Positions 10,964 to 21,613 are shown, numbered from the stretch's first letter. The stretch: 64,000 nucleotides of DNA from an uncultured Candidatus Pelagibacter sp. (GCA_964465855.1 CAYXLK010000001.1:3600-67599), one strand, 5' to 3'. Numbers and translations: made by a program. Notes: generated from the letters alone by a model not told the origin.

Positions 10964-12102
10964 TAAAAATAATTTTCTAAAATATTATAATATATTTTAG
11001 TTAATTTTTTCAAATCTGAAATAGAAGTTCTTTCATCAACCATATGAATAGTATTATTTCTCAATCCTAACTCTAGTCTTGGAATAGAACCAAGGAACCT
11101 CGAGTCACTTGTTCCACCTCTACAATTTAATTTTGCAGAATTTCCTGTAATTTTTTTAACTATTTTTTTAACCATATATATTTCTTTATTAGGTTGAGTA
11201 TAAAAAGCCTCACCGCTAACACTATATTCTGCTTTAGTTTTACATTTTTCTTTTTTTGCAACAGAGTTAATTATTTTGTTTAATTTTTTTTTCAGAGAAG
11301 AAGATTTATGTTTTGAATTAAATCTAATATTGAAATTTGCATATGCAGATTGTGGTATTACATTTTCAGATAGGTTATCCACAGTCATTTTAGTTATTTC
11401 TAAATTAGATGGAGGCATAAATTTTGTTCCGTTATCTAGAGATGTACTTTTTAATTTTGCAATAATTTTAGCTAAAGTTGTACATGGATTAATATATGTC
11501 CCATAGAATGCAGAGTGTCCACTTTTGCCATAGACAGTAAGTTTTGCATTCATCGACCCACGTCTACCAATTCTTATTTCATCCCCAACTTTTCTGTTTG
11601 ATGAGGGTTCTCCTACAATAGAAAAATCTATTTTCTCACCTCTTTTTTTTAAATATTTCATAACTGCAGGGGTTCCTAAGCCTGTTGTCTCTTCATCGGC
11701 AGAAATTATAATTGAAATAGACCCTTTAAATTTATTTTTTTTAATAAAATTACTAACAGCGCTTATCCAACAAGCTATTCCACCTTTCATATCTTGAGAT
11801 CCTCTACCATTTAAATATCCTTTTCTTACAAGACCTATAAATGGTGGAATTTTCCAATAATTAAGGTTTGCAACTACATCGGTATGACCTAAAAAATTAA
11901 TATGAGGTTTTGAATTACCTAACTTTGCAAATAAGTTTAGCGCAGGCTTTGAACCAGTTACTTGTGATTTTATGATTTTACACTTAAATCCTATTGCTGT
12001 CAGTTTTTTTGATAAAAAATTCATTATACCTTTGTCTACAGTTTTAACCGTTGGAAATCTTATTAGCTCTTGAGCTAATTTTAATTCATTATAACTTTTC
12101 AT
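10963..12102 (-). CDS. dapE: Succinyl-diaminopimelate desuccinylase
   Basis: GHTDVV, DMKGG, DEE, GEPS, GRRGS, GGTSD, TIH; follows dapD. Confidence 0.92.
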   Translation of the reverse strand: MKSYNELKLAQELIRFPTVKTVDKGIMNFLSKKLTAIGFKCKIIKSQVTGSKPALNLFAKLGNSKPHINFLGHTDVVANLNYWKIPPFIGLVRKGYLNGRGSQDMKGGIACWISAVSNFIKKNKFKGSISIIISADEETTGLGTPAVMKYLKKRGEKIDFSIVGEPSSNRKVGDEIRIGRRGSMNAKLTVYGKSGHSAFYGTYINPCTTLAKIIAKLKSTSLDNGTKFMPPSNLEITKMTVDNLSENVIPQSAYANFNIRFNSKHKSSSLKKKLNKIINSVAKKEKCKTKAEYSVSGEAFYTQPNKEIYMVKKIVKKITGNSAKLNCRGGTSDSRFLGSIPRLELGLRNNTIHMVDERTSISDLKKLTKIYYNILENYF

Positions 12103-12106
12103 TAAT

Positions 12107-12934
12107 TTATTCTCTTAAAAGGTCGTTTATTGAAGTTTTAGATCTCGTTTTTTCATCAACTTGCTTGATTATAACTGCACAACTTAATGATGGTGCAGAT
12201 GGATTTTTTTTATCTGGGAGAGTGCCCGGCACCACAACTGAGTAAGGAGGAATTTTTCCATAAGTAATTTCACCTGTTGATCTATTCACTATTTTTGTTG
12301 ATTGACCTATATACATTCCCATACTTAATACTGATCCTTCTTTGACAATTACACCTTCAACTACTTCAGACATAGCTCCTACAAATACGTTATCTTCAAT
12401 AATTGTCGGCAAAGCTTGAGCTGGTTCAAGAACGCCACCAACACCACTTCCGGCAGATATATGACAATTTTTTCCAATTTGACAACAACTTCCTGCTCTA
12501 GCAAAAGTATCAATCATTGTTCCAGAATCTATATATGCTCCTATGTTCACATAGCACGGCATTAAAACAACATTTTTTGCAATATAAGATCCTTTTCTTA
12601 CTGGTGAGTTAGGAACCATTCTAAAACCTGCTTTTTCAAAATTTTCTGAAGTCCAGCCTGTTGTCTTGCCTTTTAGAAGATGAGCTTTATCATACCATGA
12701 TGAGTATGGACCAGCCAACGTTTCCATTCCATAAACTCTAAAACTTAACATTATAGCTTTTTTTAAATGTTGATGGGTTGTCCACTCACCATTAATTTTC
12801 TCAGCAACTCTAGATTTTCCACTATCTAAATCTTCTATGACTTGATTTATTGCATCTTTGATAGACTTGTCAGAGTTTTGGTTAATTTGATCCTTATTTT
12901 TCCAAGCATCATTTATAATTTTTTCTAAAGACAT
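12107..12934 (-). CDS. dapD: Tetrahydrodipicolinate N-succinyltransferase
   Basis: LDSGKSRVAEK, hexapeptide repeats, GGVLEP, RSKTSINDLLR. Confidence 0.97.
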   Translation of the reverse strand: MSLEKIINDAWKNKDQINQNSDKSIKDAINQVIEDLDSGKSRVAEKINGEWTTHQHLKKAIMLSFRVYGMETLAGPYSSWYDKAHLLKGKTTGWTSENFEKAGFRMVPNSPVRKGSYIAKNVVLMPCYVNIGAYIDSGTMIDTFARAGSCCQIGKNCHISAGSGVGGVLEPAQALPTIIEDNVFVGAMSEVVEGVIVKEGSVLSMGMYIGQSTKIVNRSTGEITYGKIPPYSVVVPGTLPDKKNPSAPSLSCAVIIKQVDEKTRSKTSINDLLRE

Positions 12935-12937
12935 AGC

Positions 12938-13609
12938 TTATGCACTTTTTAATAACCTTATTTCTTTTAAAAATAAAGAAACATTTTTGATTTTATAATC
13001 TATAAATTTTTTATCTGAGTCTTTTTTACCCCATTGTTCTTCATTAATTAACCAAACGGTAGTTGTACCTAATTTTTTTGCAATTGATAAATTTTTTGCT
13101 ATGTCTTCGATATATAATGTTTCTTTTGGATCAATTTGAAATTTTTTCAACATTAAATCATAGTTTTTAGGGTCTGGTTTTGGAAAATATTCTGCATCTA
13201 TTATATCAAAAATATCGTCAAATAAATTTTCTATACCTAAATGACGAATTATATTTTCTGCATGCTCTTTACTACCATTTGTAAAAACATACTTTTTTAA
13301 ATTTAAATTAATTAACTCATTTCTTAGACTCTCATTTATTTTGAGGCAACTTAGATCTATATTATGGACAAATTTTAAAAAATCCTTTGAATCAACGTTG
13401 TGATGAATCATTAGTCCATTTAAGGTTGTGTTATATTTATGAAAGTAGTTAGTTTGAAGTTCTTTGGCTTTTTTTAAATCTATATTTAATTTATTTGATA
13501 TATATTGAGTCATTCTTTTACTTACTTGACCAAAAACAGGCTCTAAATCTTCATATAAAACACCATCGCAATCAAACACGATATTTTTTATATTATTAAG
13601 ATTTTTCAT
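12938..13609 (-). CDS. Pyrimidine 5'-nucleotidase (HAD family)
   Basis: FDCDGVLY, FTNGS, PKP, IEDIAKNL; typical argB-nucleotidase-dapD order. Confidence 0.88.
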   Translation of the reverse strand: MKNLNNIKNIVFDCDGVLYEDLEPVFGQVSKRMTQYISNKLNIDLKKAKELQTNYFHKYNTTLNGLMIHHNVDSKDFLKFVHNIDLSCLKINESLRNELINLNLKKYVFTNGSKEHAENIIRHLGIENLFDDIFDIIDAEYFPKPDPKNYDLMLKKFQIDPKETLYIEDIAKNLSIAKKLGTTTVWLINEEQWGKKDSDKKFIDYKIKNVSLFLKEIRLLKSA

Positions 13610-14454
13610 TTTCTAATCAAAGTTCCAGAACCTTTGTCAGAAAATATTTCAAATAAAATTGAATGAGGTTTTCTTCCATCTACTATAACTACACCAGCAA
13701 CACCATTATTGACAGCATCAATACATGTATTAATTTTAGGTATCATTCCACCAGAAATAGATTCATCATTGATCATTTTATTTGCTTTTTCAGAATTAAT
13801 TTCTGAAATAAGCTTCTTATCTTTATCTAAAACTCCTTCTACATCAGTCATTAAAAGCAGTCTTCTAGCATTTATTTTTTTTGCAATAGCACCGGCCGCA
13901 GTATCTGCATTTATGTTATAGCATTTATTTTCTTTGTCTTTACCCATTGGAACAATGATTGGAATTTTTTTCATCTCTACTTGTTGAAGCACTTGATCTA
14001 TATATATCTCTTTGGGATTTCCCACATACTTTAATTTTTCGCTGACTGGACTAACCAATATAATATTATTTGTTTTTGTAGAAAATTTTACTCCTTCACA
14101 GTTCTTAGCATTTAATTTGGAAATTATTTCATTGTTTAATTCAATTAAAGATTCTTCTACGATTTTAATTGTTTTTTCATCAGTTACTCTTAAGCCATTA
14201 ATAAATTTCGTTTCTAATTTAGCTTCATCAAGTTTTCTTTTTATATTTTTTCCACCACCGTGAATAACAATAACTTTAAGACCTAATTTATTTATGATTG
14301 AAATATCTTCAATTAGTTGGTCAAATAGATCTTTATCTAATAAACAACTACCACCGCATTTAACTACAATTAAATTGTTTTTATATTTATTGATGTATTT
14401 ATTTACTTCAGTGATGGATGGACCATCTGCTGGTAACAAATTTTCTAATTTCAT
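13606..14454 (-). CDS. argB: Acetylglutamate kinase
   Basis: VKCGGS, IHGGG, GLRVTD, NINADTAA, GGMIPK. Confidence 0.97.
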   Translation of the reverse strand: MKLENLLPADGPSITEVNKYINKYKNNLIVVKCGGSCLLDKDLFDQLIEDISIINKLGLKVIVIHGGGKNIKRKLDEAKLETKFINGLRVTDEKTIKIVEESLIELNNEIISKLNAKNCEGVKFSTKTNNIILVSPVSEKLKYVGNPKEIYIDQVLQQVEMKKIPIIVPMGKDKENKCYNINADTAAGAIAKKINARRLLLMTDVEGVLDKDKKLISEINSEKANKMINDESISGGMIPKINTCIDAVNNGVAGVVIVDGRKPHSILFEIFSDKGSGTLIRK

Positions 14455-14456
14455 TT

Positions 14457-16142
14457 CTACACTTGAGTTTTAACAGTTGTTTTTCTCATAATAACAACTT
14501 GTTGCATCATTGTGAAAATATTATTGAAAGTCCAATAGATTACTAATCCGCTAGGGAATGGAGCTAAGATTACAGTTAAAAATAAAGGGAAAAACATAAA
14601 TATTTTTGCTTGGATCGGATCTGGAGGTGCAGGATTTAGTTTCTGTTGTGCCCACATAGTCAGGCCCATTAAGCACGGGAAGGCTCCAATAAGTAAAAAA
14701 GATGGTGGGTCCCATGGAATTAAACCAAAGGCATTAAATATAGTTGTTGGGTCTCTCTCACTTAAGTCTTTAATCCATCCAAAGAATGGCTGATGTCTCA
14801 TTTCAATTGTAACAAACAACATTTTGTATATTGCAAAGAAAAACGGAATCTGTAACAATATAGGAAAACATCCGCTTAGAGGGTTAACTTTTTCACGGCG
14901 ATATAAAGCCATTGTCTCTTGTTGAAGTTTGACCTTGTCTTCTTTGTGTAGCTCCTTAAGTCTTGCCATTTCAGGTTGAAGAAGTTTCATTCTAGCCATG
15001 GATTTAAATGACAAATTGGCGAGGGGAAAAAATGCAATTCTTATACAAACAGTAATTAAAATAATTGATATTCCAAAATTACCTGTAAGATTAAATAAGT
15101 AATCTATAGCAAAAAATAATGGTTTAACTATCCAATAAAACCAACCCCAATCAATAACTAAATCGAATTTATTTATGTTTTGGCTTTCTGCATAACCATC
15201 AATAATATCAACCTCTTTTGCAGCGACTATAACTCTAAAATTATTAGATTTTGTTTCATTAGCACCAACGCTTGTTGGAGTATTTTCAATGAAACTTGCT
15301 TTGAATTTATTTTTGTAATCAAAGTCAGCTCTAAATGATTTATTATTTTCAGGGATGATGCTTGCAACCCAATATTTATCAACAATGGAAACATATCCCT
15401 CATCAGCATTTCTCGAATATGATTTATCCTCAATATCTTTGTAATCTTCTTCAACTAACTCACCATCAAATACGCCAAGAAGACCTTCATGCAATATGTA
15501 AAAATTAGTAACTTCAGGCGCTGTATTTCTTATTACTTGTCCATATGGATAAAAATTATAAGTCTTTTCTGAATTATTGATTATTTTTTGTTCGATATTG
15601 AATAAAAATTTACCATCTATTTTAATTATTTTTTCAAACGTGACATTACTATTATTAGTCCATGTTAGTTTAATAGGTCTGTTAGGAGTAAGCTTATTAT
15701 TTCCTTCAACATTCCATATTGTTTTACTGTTAGGAGTTTCTATTTCATTGTTGTTAATAGCCCATCCAGAATCTATATAATAACCAGTTTCAATTTCTTT
15801 AGGGTTTAATAAGGTAACTTTTTCTTCACTATCAACAGATGTTGTATATTTTTTGAATGCAAGATCATCAATAACTCCACCATTCAAAGATATCGAACCA
15901 ATAATGTTTTCGTTTTCAAATATAATTCTTGAGCTTTCATTAATAGCACTTTTTCTTGTTATTACTTTTATTTCTTCATTTTCAATTAATTTTGGTGCGT
16001 CTTCATTATTAACAAGTTCATTTCTCTCTTTTTCTAATTGAGTTTCCTTTATTTGTTCTGTATCTGGTGCAAAAAATAAACCCCAAAGCACGATGATTGC
16101 AGCACTTAATGAAACAGCGGCTAATGTATTTTTTAAATCCAT
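14457..16142 (-). CDS. yidC: Membrane protein insertase YidC
   Basis: True start most likely MDLKNTLAA at 16142; DWGWF, SGCFPILLQIP, PSGLVIYW. Confidence 0.96.
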   Translation of the reverse strand: MDLKNTLAAVSLSAAIIVLWGLFFAPDTEQIKETQLEKERNELVNNEDAPKLIENEEIKVITRKSAINESSRIIFENENIIGSISLNGGVIDDLAFKKYTTSVDSEEKVTLLNPKEIETGYYIDSGWAINNNEIETPNSKTIWNVEGNNKLTPNRPIKLTWTNNSNVTFEKIIKIDGKFLFNIEQKIINNSEKTYNFYPYGQVIRNTAPEVTNFYILHEGLLGVFDGELVEEDYKDIEDKSYSRNADEGYVSIVDKYWVASIIPENNKSFRADFDYKNKFKASFIENTPTSVGANETKSNNFRVIVAAKEVDIIDGYAESQNINKFDLVIDWGWFYWIVKPLFFAIDYLFNLTGNFGISIILITVCIRIAFFPLANLSFKSMARMKLLQPEMARLKELHKEDKVKLQQETMALYRREKVNPLSGCFPILLQIPFFFAIYKMLFVTIEMRHQPFFGWIKDLSERDPTTIFNAFGLIPWDPPSFLLIGAFPCLMGLTMWAQQKLNPAPPDPIQAKIFMFFPLFLTVILAPFPSGLVIYWTFNNIFTMMQQVVIMRKTTVKTQV

Positions 16143-16378
16143 TAATTTTTGCCTTTCTTTGCAGGATCGTATCCTTCTCCACCACCTAAAAATTTTACAG
16201 GATGGCATGATAAAATTCTTTTAGTACTTTTTAATGTACCTTTGATGACACCGTATTCATTAAGACAATCAATGAAATAATTTGAACAAGTGGGCAGATA
16301 TCTACAGCTTGGACCTAAGATGGGAGATAAAATCAGTTTGTATATTTTAATTAAATATATGAGTATTATTTTCATCAT
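16142..16378 (-). CDS. yidD: Membrane protein insertion efficiency factor
   Basis: CRYLPTCSNY, RILSCHP, GYDP. Confidence 0.95.
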   Translation of the reverse strand: MMKIILIYLIKIYKLILSPILGPSCRYLPTCSNYFIDCLNEYGVIKGTLKSTKRILSCHPVKFLGGGEGYDPAKKGKN

Positions 16379-16716
16379 CGTACTTTTGATAAATCCTTAA
16401 ATATTGAATTTTTTATCATTTTATATTCAGCATCGTAAATATTTTTTTTTGCAATGAACAAATATGAATAATTTAAATTCATGTTGATAGTTTTTATTGC
16501 ATCATTCATTATATTTCTTAGCCTTCTTTTAATTTTATTTCTTTTAACAGCATTTCCAATTTTTTTTTTTGTAACAAAACTAACATTCAAGAATTTATTC
16601 TTCTTTGAGGGAATTTTTTTAAAGAAAATTATTGAATAAGGGTTAGAAATCTTCCTTCCACTTAACAAATTTTTGAAATCTTCACTCTTAGAAAGACTTG
16701 AGATTTTGCTCTTCAT
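16375..16716 (-). CDS. rnpA: RNase P protein component
   Basis: KKIGNAVKRNKIKRRLR (RNR motif). Confidence 0.95.
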   Translation of the reverse strand: MKSKISSLSKSEDFKNLLSGRKISNPYSIIFFKKIPSKKNKFLNVSFVTKKKIGNAVKRNKIKRRLRNIMNDAIKTINMNLNYSYLFIAKKNIYDAEYKMIKNSIFKDLSKVR

Positions 16717-16850
16717 TAAACTGATAGTTTTTTTCTGCCTTTTTTTCTTCTATTTTTTAGAACCTTTTGTCTTTTTTTTGTAGACATTCTAGATCTAAAA
16801 CCATGTTTTCTTTTTCTTTTTACTCTACTTGGTTGCCAGGTTCTTTTCAT
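16716..16850 (-). CDS. rpmH: 50S ribosomal protein L34
   Basis: Read manually (below ORF-track cutoff): [44 protein letters not shown]. Confidence 0.97.
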   Translation of the reverse strand: MKRTWQPSRVKRKRKHGFRSRMSTKKRQKVLKNRRKKGRKKLSV

Positions 16851-16932
16851 AGGTTATTAAATTATTGTTAAAATTTCGTTCTTTTATAAAATAAAACTAT
16901 ATAAGTACAGAAATTTTTAATAAATTATTGCC

Positions 16933-17649
16933 ATGAACAACACAATAAATATCAAAATAGTTCTTGGCATTTCATACATGTTGATAATTTCTATTTTTTT
17001 GTGGTTTTTTTTAAAAAATTTTTCGATTCAAAATTTTAATAGCTTTGATTTAATTAAACAAAACAGAGATACTTTGGAAAATTTAAAAAATAGCAATATT
17101 TTAATTTCAATTTTGTTGTTTTTTTTCGTAGTTGTTTTGTGGGTTTTGTTATTGGGCTTTGGATCTCCAGTTGCATTAATAGGTGGGTTTATTTTTGGAA
17201 AGTGGTTAGGAACACTTTTGACACTGTTAAGTTTAACTACAGGAGCAACTTTTTTATATTTAATATCAAATTATTTTTTTAAAAATTTGATTAAAGAAAA
17301 GTTTTCGTCAAAACTTAATTTTTTAACAAATAAATTTAAGAAAAATGAACTATTTTATTTTATCATTTATAGATTTATTGGGGGTATTCCATTTTTTATC
17401 TCAAATATTTTACCAACGATATTTAATGTAAAAGTTAGAAATTTTTTTATCGGATCAATTATAGGAATGATTCCACAATTGTTTATAGCAGTATCTCTAG
17501 GAGCTGGATTAAATAGTATTATAGATCAAAATGAAGATCTGCCTACTTTACTAGAAATGATTATTGAACCAGATATTTATATACCAATAATATCATTATT
17601 TATTATAGTTTTAATTTCATTTTTTTTACGAAAAAAATTTCTAAAATAA
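16933..17649 (+). CDS. TVP38/TMEM64 (VTT/DedA superfamily) membrane protein
   Basis: Multiple TM segments; GGFIFG, RFIGGIPF, FFIGSIIGMIP. Confidence 0.85.
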   Translation: MNNTINIKIVLGISYMLIISIFLWFFLKNFSIQNFNSFDLIKQNRDTLENLKNSNILISILLFFFVVVLWVLLLGFGSPVALIGGFIFGKWLGTLLTLLSLTTGATFLYLISNYFFKNLIKEKFSSKLNFLTNKFKKNELFYFIIYRFIGGIPFFISNILPTIFNVKVRNFFIGSIIGMIPQLFIAVSLGAGLNSIIDQNEDLPTLLEMIIEPDIYIPIISLFIIVLISFFLRKKFLK

Positions 17650-17653
17650 ACGG

Positions 17654-17724
17654 TGCCCCGATCCAGAATTGAACTGGAAACTGATCCTTACCATGGACCT
17701 GTTATACCATTTAACTATCGAGGC
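17654..17724 (-). tRNA. tRNA-Thr(GGT)
   Basis: Reverse complement GCCTCGATAGTTAAATGGTATAACAGGTCCATGGTAAGGATCAGTTTCCAGTTCAATTCTGGATCGGGGCA forms a cloverleaf with anticodon GGT; 3' end reads CCG, so CCA is not fully encoded. Confidence 0.95.
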
Positions 17725-17757
17725 TTTTTTTATCTACAATATTGGATAAAACTAAAT

Positions 17758-17785
17758 TTGACAAACTATTGACTTAATTTATAAG
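17758..17785 (+). promoter_or_regulatory. Sigma70-like promoter for the small-protein/dcd/murA operon
   Basis: TTGACA (17758)-16 nt-TATAAG; second TTGACT at 17769; AAGGA SD before ATG 17812. Confidence 0.5.
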
Positions 17786-17811
17786 TAAATATCAGACAAA
17801 GGAATGACACC

Positions 17812-18024
17812 ATGGGAATACACTACGATTATAAAAGCACCAGAGGCGCCAAAGCTATGGAAAAGCAAGCTAAGAAAGAAAAAAAGCTTGCCGAGAAAAA
17901 AGCCAAGAAGCAAGCAAAAGCTCAAGAAAAAGGTTTAGTAGAAAAAAGTAAAAAAGAAGATCAAACAATTCCTTTAGATACAGTAATCACACTAGACCAT
18001 TTAACAAATCCAGATAAAAAATAG
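17812..18024 (+). CDS. Small Lys/Ala-rich hypothetical protein
   Basis: 70 aa with SD and promoter upstream; KA-rich central helix. Confidence 0.75.
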   Translation: MGIHYDYKSTRGAKAMEKQAKKEKKLAEKKAKKQAKAQEKGLVEKSKKEDQTIPLDTVITLDHLTNPDKK

Positions 18025-18031
18025 TTAATAT

Positions 18032-18145
18032 ATGAATAAAAAAAGAAAGCCTTCAAAGCTTGATCTTGAGAATGCTTTAAGGAAGAATTTAAAAAAAAGA
18101 AAAGTTTTACAAAAAAAAATTACAAAAAAAAATGATACTAAGTGA
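18032..18145 (+). CDS. Small basic protein of the type found upstream of murA in alphaproteobacteria
   Basis: Read manually: MNKKRKPSKLDLENALRKNLKKRKVLQKKITKKNDTK*; L..ALR.NL++RK core; overlaps dcd start. Confidence 0.65.
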   Translation: MNKKRKPSKLDLENALRKNLKKRKVLQKKITKKNDTK

Positions 18146-18683
18146 CAAACAAATAAAAAAATTAGTAGAAGATGAAGAAATGATAAGTCCTTTCGTTAGT
18201 AAAAGTATATCAAAAGGAATTAGCCATGGACTTAATTCTTTTGGTTATGATCTTAGATGTGGATCGGAATTTAAAATATTTACTAATATTAAAGGAGCGA
18301 CAGCAGATCCAAAAAATTTTAGTGAAGATAACTTTATTACTATAAAAGGGGAAGATTCTATTTTAATTCCCCCAAATTCTTTTGCGTTAGCTAGCAGTTT
18401 AGAATACTTTAAAATGCCACGTAATGTGACCGGACTTGTTACTGCAAAATCAACCTATGCAAGATGTGGTTTAGGAACTCCACCTACAGTTCTCGAGGCA
18501 GGCTGGCATGGAAATTTAGTTTTGGAATTTTCAAACCACACAAGTAATTTAATAAGACTATATGCAAATAGTGGAGCAGCTCAAATTTTATTTTTTCAAG
18601 GAGAACAACCAGAAATCTCTTATGCAGATAGAGATGGAAAGTATCAAGGTCAAACGGGAATCACTTTAGCAAAATCAAAATAA
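18132..18683 (+). CDS. dcd: dCTP deaminase
   Basis: SFGYDLR, KSTYARCG, LEAGWHG, YADRDGKYQGQ. Confidence 0.96.
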   Translation: MILSDKQIKKLVEDEEMISPFVSKSISKGISHGLNSFGYDLRCGSEFKIFTNIKGATADPKNFSEDNFITIKGEDSILIPPNSFALASSLEYFKMPRNVTGLVTAKSTYARCGLGTPPTVLEAGWHGNLVLEFSNHTSNLIRLYANSGAAQILFFQGEQPEISYADRDGKYQGQTGITLAKSK

Positions 18684-18687
18684 AATA

Positions 18688-19956
18688 ATGAAAAGATTTA
18701 TAATAAAAGGCCCTAATAAAGCTATTAAGGGCGAAGTAAACATAAGTGGAGCTAAAAATTCCTGCCTTCCTTTAATGGCAGCATCTATTTTATTTAAAAA
18801 TAAAGTAACTTTAAAAAATGTTCCATTTGTAAAAGACGTACTTACTATGAAAAATCTTTTAGTATCTCTAGGTGCTAAAGTAGATTTTTTAGAGAAAAAA
18901 AAAATGATGACAATAACTAATAAAAAAAATCATAAGTTGATTGTTCCTTATAGTTTGGTTTCTACAATGAGGGCAGGAGTTTTAACAATGGGTTCATTAT
19001 TAGGAAGATATCCACAAAAAAAAATTAAAGTAGCCTTAGGCGGAGGTTGCGCAATAGGAGTCAGAGACACATCTTGGCATCTTGCTGGATTTAAAAATTT
19101 AGGAGCAAATAACAGTTTAAATCAGGGATATGTTAATATTTCATCTAAAAATGGTTTAATAGGAAGTAAATATAAATTTCCAAAAGTTACGGTTACAGGA
19201 ACCTCAAATTTAATTATGGCTTCTGTATTTGTGAAAGGAACACATTATATAAAAAATATTTCAATTGAGCCTGAAGTTATAGATTTAATTAATTTTTTAA
19301 ACAGCTCTGGTGCGGATATTAAATTTTTAGGAAAAAGATCCATTAAAATAAAAGGTGTAAAAGAACTCGTTAATGGAACACATAATATTATTGGAGATAG
19401 AATTGAAGCTTTTAGTTATCTGTGTGTAGGAGCAATTACTAATGGTAAAATTAAAATAAATAATATTAATCCAACCAATCTTAGATCTGAGATTGGGATA
19501 TTAAGAAAGATTGGTTATAAAATTGAATCAAATGATAATTCAATAAAATTAATTTCAAGCAAAAAATTAAAACCAGTAAAATTAAAAACAGGACCATTTC
19601 CAAATTTTGCGACAGATAATATGCCTCTTATATTGGCTGTATTAACAATGATACAAGGCAAAAGTCAAATAGAGGAAACAATCTTTTCTAATCGATTTAT
19701 GGCAGCACCTGAACTAAATAGAATGGGAGCAATAATTACTATAAAAAAAAATAAAGCGATTATAATTGGCCAAAAAAAACTTAATTCTGCTGATTGTATT
19801 TCATCGGATTTAAGAACTACTTTTTCAATTATCCTTGGTGCAATTGCAGCGAATGGGACATCTAAAATTTCAAGAATTTACCATGGTTTGAGAGGTTATT
19901 ATAATCTTGAATTAAAACTTAAAAAATTAGGTATAAAAATAATTTCAAAAAATTAA
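18688..19956 (+). CDS. murA: UDP-N-acetylglucosamine 1-carboxyvinyltransferase
   Basis: SGAKNS, MRA, GGCAIG.R with catalytic Cys, DRIEA, TD, DLR, RGY. Confidence 0.95.
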   Translation: MKRFIIKGPNKAIKGEVNISGAKNSCLPLMAASILFKNKVTLKNVPFVKDVLTMKNLLVSLGAKVDFLEKKKMMTITNKKNHKLIVPYSLVSTMRAGVLTMGSLLGRYPQKKIKVALGGGCAIGVRDTSWHLAGFKNLGANNSLNQGYVNISSKNGLIGSKYKFPKVTVTGTSNLIMASVFVKGTHYIKNISIEPEVIDLINFLNSSGADIKFLGKRSIKIKGVKELVNGTHNIIGDRIEAFSYLCVGAITNGKIKINNINPTNLRSEIGILRKIGYKIESNDNSIKLISSKKLKPVKLKTGPFPNFATDNMPLILAVLTMIQGKSQIEETIFSNRFMAAPELNRMGAIITIKKNKAIIIGQKKLNSADCISSDLRTTFSIILGAIAANGTSKISRIYHGLRGYYNLELKLKKLGIKIISKN

Positions 19957-20355
19957 ATGACTAAGAGATTTTTAAAAAAAATAATAGCCCAAAATCAAGA
20001 AGATCTTAGAGTTATTTCAGCTCTCTGTTCCGAAGCTAAAATTAAACAATCTGAAATCAAATTTTTAAAAGACAACAAGATTTTTTTAATATCTCTTGAA
20101 AGAGAAAATAAAGAAAAAAATAATACTAAAGAAAAAATAAACAGTATTTTAAAATTTGAATTTATTGAAAAATCTCAATCAAAGAATATTTATCAAAATA
20201 ATGAGGAAAATATTTTAGAGCTATTAGCTATAGATTTATTTAAAAAACAAAATAATTATGAAATAATTCTATTATTTTCAAATAATGGAATTATAACCCT
20301 TGGTGCAGAAACTATGGAAGTTACATTAGAGGATTTAAGACAAGTTGATGATTAA
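19957..20355 (+). CDS. DUF2948 family protein
   Basis: EDLRVISALC, LELLAI; murA-DUF2948-hisD order. Confidence 0.85.
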   Translation: MTKRFLKKIIAQNQEDLRVISALCSEAKIKQSEIKFLKDNKIFLISLERENKEKNNTKEKINSILKFEFIEKSQSKNIYQNNEENILELLAIDLFKKQNNYEIILLFSNNGIITLGAETMEVTLEDLRQVDD

Positions 20356-21613
20356 AATTAATAAATTTACAAACTCAAGAGGCATATTAAAGTTAGAACA
20401 AGTATTAGATAAACGTAGAGTTATTCAAAACACTAATATTTCTGTAGTTTCCAAGATACTTAAAGATATCAGGAAAAATAAAAATAAAGCTTTAATTAAA
20501 TATGAAAAAAAATTTAGTAAAAATAGTCGTATTAAACCTTCTTCAAGAGAAATAAATAAAGCAATAAGATCATTAAATCCAAAGATTAAAAAAGCAATTG
20601 ATTATGCTTACAATAGAATATTTAAATATCACTCTCTCCAAAAAGTAAAAAACATTAATTACAGAGATAAACTAAAAAATACTTTTCAGTACAAATCAGT
20701 GCCAATTAACAAAGTTGGAGTTTATGTTCCGGCAAATTTACCATCTACTTTACTGATGAATGCTATTCCTGCTAAAATTGCAGGTGTTAAAAAAATTATT
20801 TTAGCTAATCCAAGATTAAACAATAAATTAAATCCAGCAATAATTTATGCAGCCAAAAAATTAGGTATTAAAGAAATTTATTCAATGGGCGGTGCACAAG
20901 CCATTGGTAGTTTAACTTATATTCAAAAAGTTGATAAAATAGTTGGACCAGGCAATATATATGTAGCAAAAGCAAAAAAAGAAGTTTTTGGAGATGTAGG
21001 TGTGGAAGGTATGGTTGCTGGCCCTTCCGAAATAACAGTGGTAGCAGATAAAAAAACTGAAATAAAAAGTGTTATCACATCTTTAATTGGACAAGCTGAA
21101 CACGATGTTAACTCACAATGTATTATAATATCAAAAGATCTTTCTGTTCTAAAAGAAATTAAAAATTTAATTAAGATAAATTTAAAAAATTTACCTAGAA
21201 GAAAAATTGCAGAGAAAAGTTTAAAAGCTAATGGTTTATTAATATATGCTAAGAATGATAAAAATGTAATTGATTTAATAAATTTAATTGCTCCTGAACA
21301 TTTGGAGTTAAATATAACTAAACCTAAAAAATATATAAATAAAATTGTAAATGCCGGAAGTATTTGTTTAGGCAAGTTTTCTGCTATGGCAGTTACAGAC
21401 TATAATGCTGGCACAAACCATGTTTTACCTACAATGGGATCAGCGAAATTTTCGTCAGGATTAAATGTCGGTGATTTTTTTAAAAAAATTAGCTATATAA
21501 ATTTATCAAAAAAGGGTATTGAAGTAATTGGCAAGCAAGCTATAACACTTGCCGAGTATGAAAATTTAGAAGGTCATGCTCAAAGTATTAAATCAAGAAT
21601 TAGGAGTTATTAA
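20348..21613 (+). CDS. hisD: Histidinol dehydrogenase
   Basis: [35 protein letters not shown]. Confidence 0.97.
   Translation: MIKINKFTNSRGILKLEQVLDKRRVIQNTNISVVSKILKDIRKNKNKALIKYEKKFSKNSRIKPSSREINKAIRSLNPKIKKAIDYAYNRIFKYHSLQKVKNINYRDKLKNTFQYKSVPINKVGVYVPANLPSTLLMNAIPAKIAGVKKIILANPRLNNKLNPAIIYAAKKLGIKEIYSMGGAQAIGSLTYIQKVDKIVGPGNIYVAKAKKEVFGDVGVEGMVAGPSEITVVADKKTEIKSVITSLIGQAEHDVNSQCIIISKDLSVLKEIKNLIKINLKNLPRRKIAEKSLKANGLLIYAKNDKNVIDLINLIAPEHLELNITKPKKYINKIVNAGSICLGKFSAMAVTDYNAGTNHVLPTMGSAKFSSGLNVGDFFKKISYINLSKKGIEVIGKQAITLAEYENLEGHAQSIKSRIRSY

Noticed and set aside
17804-17938. Alternative-frame 44-codon ORF overlapping the 70-aa Lys-rich gene
   Set aside because: Its ATG abuts the SD with no spacing; the 17812 frame has proper SD spacing.
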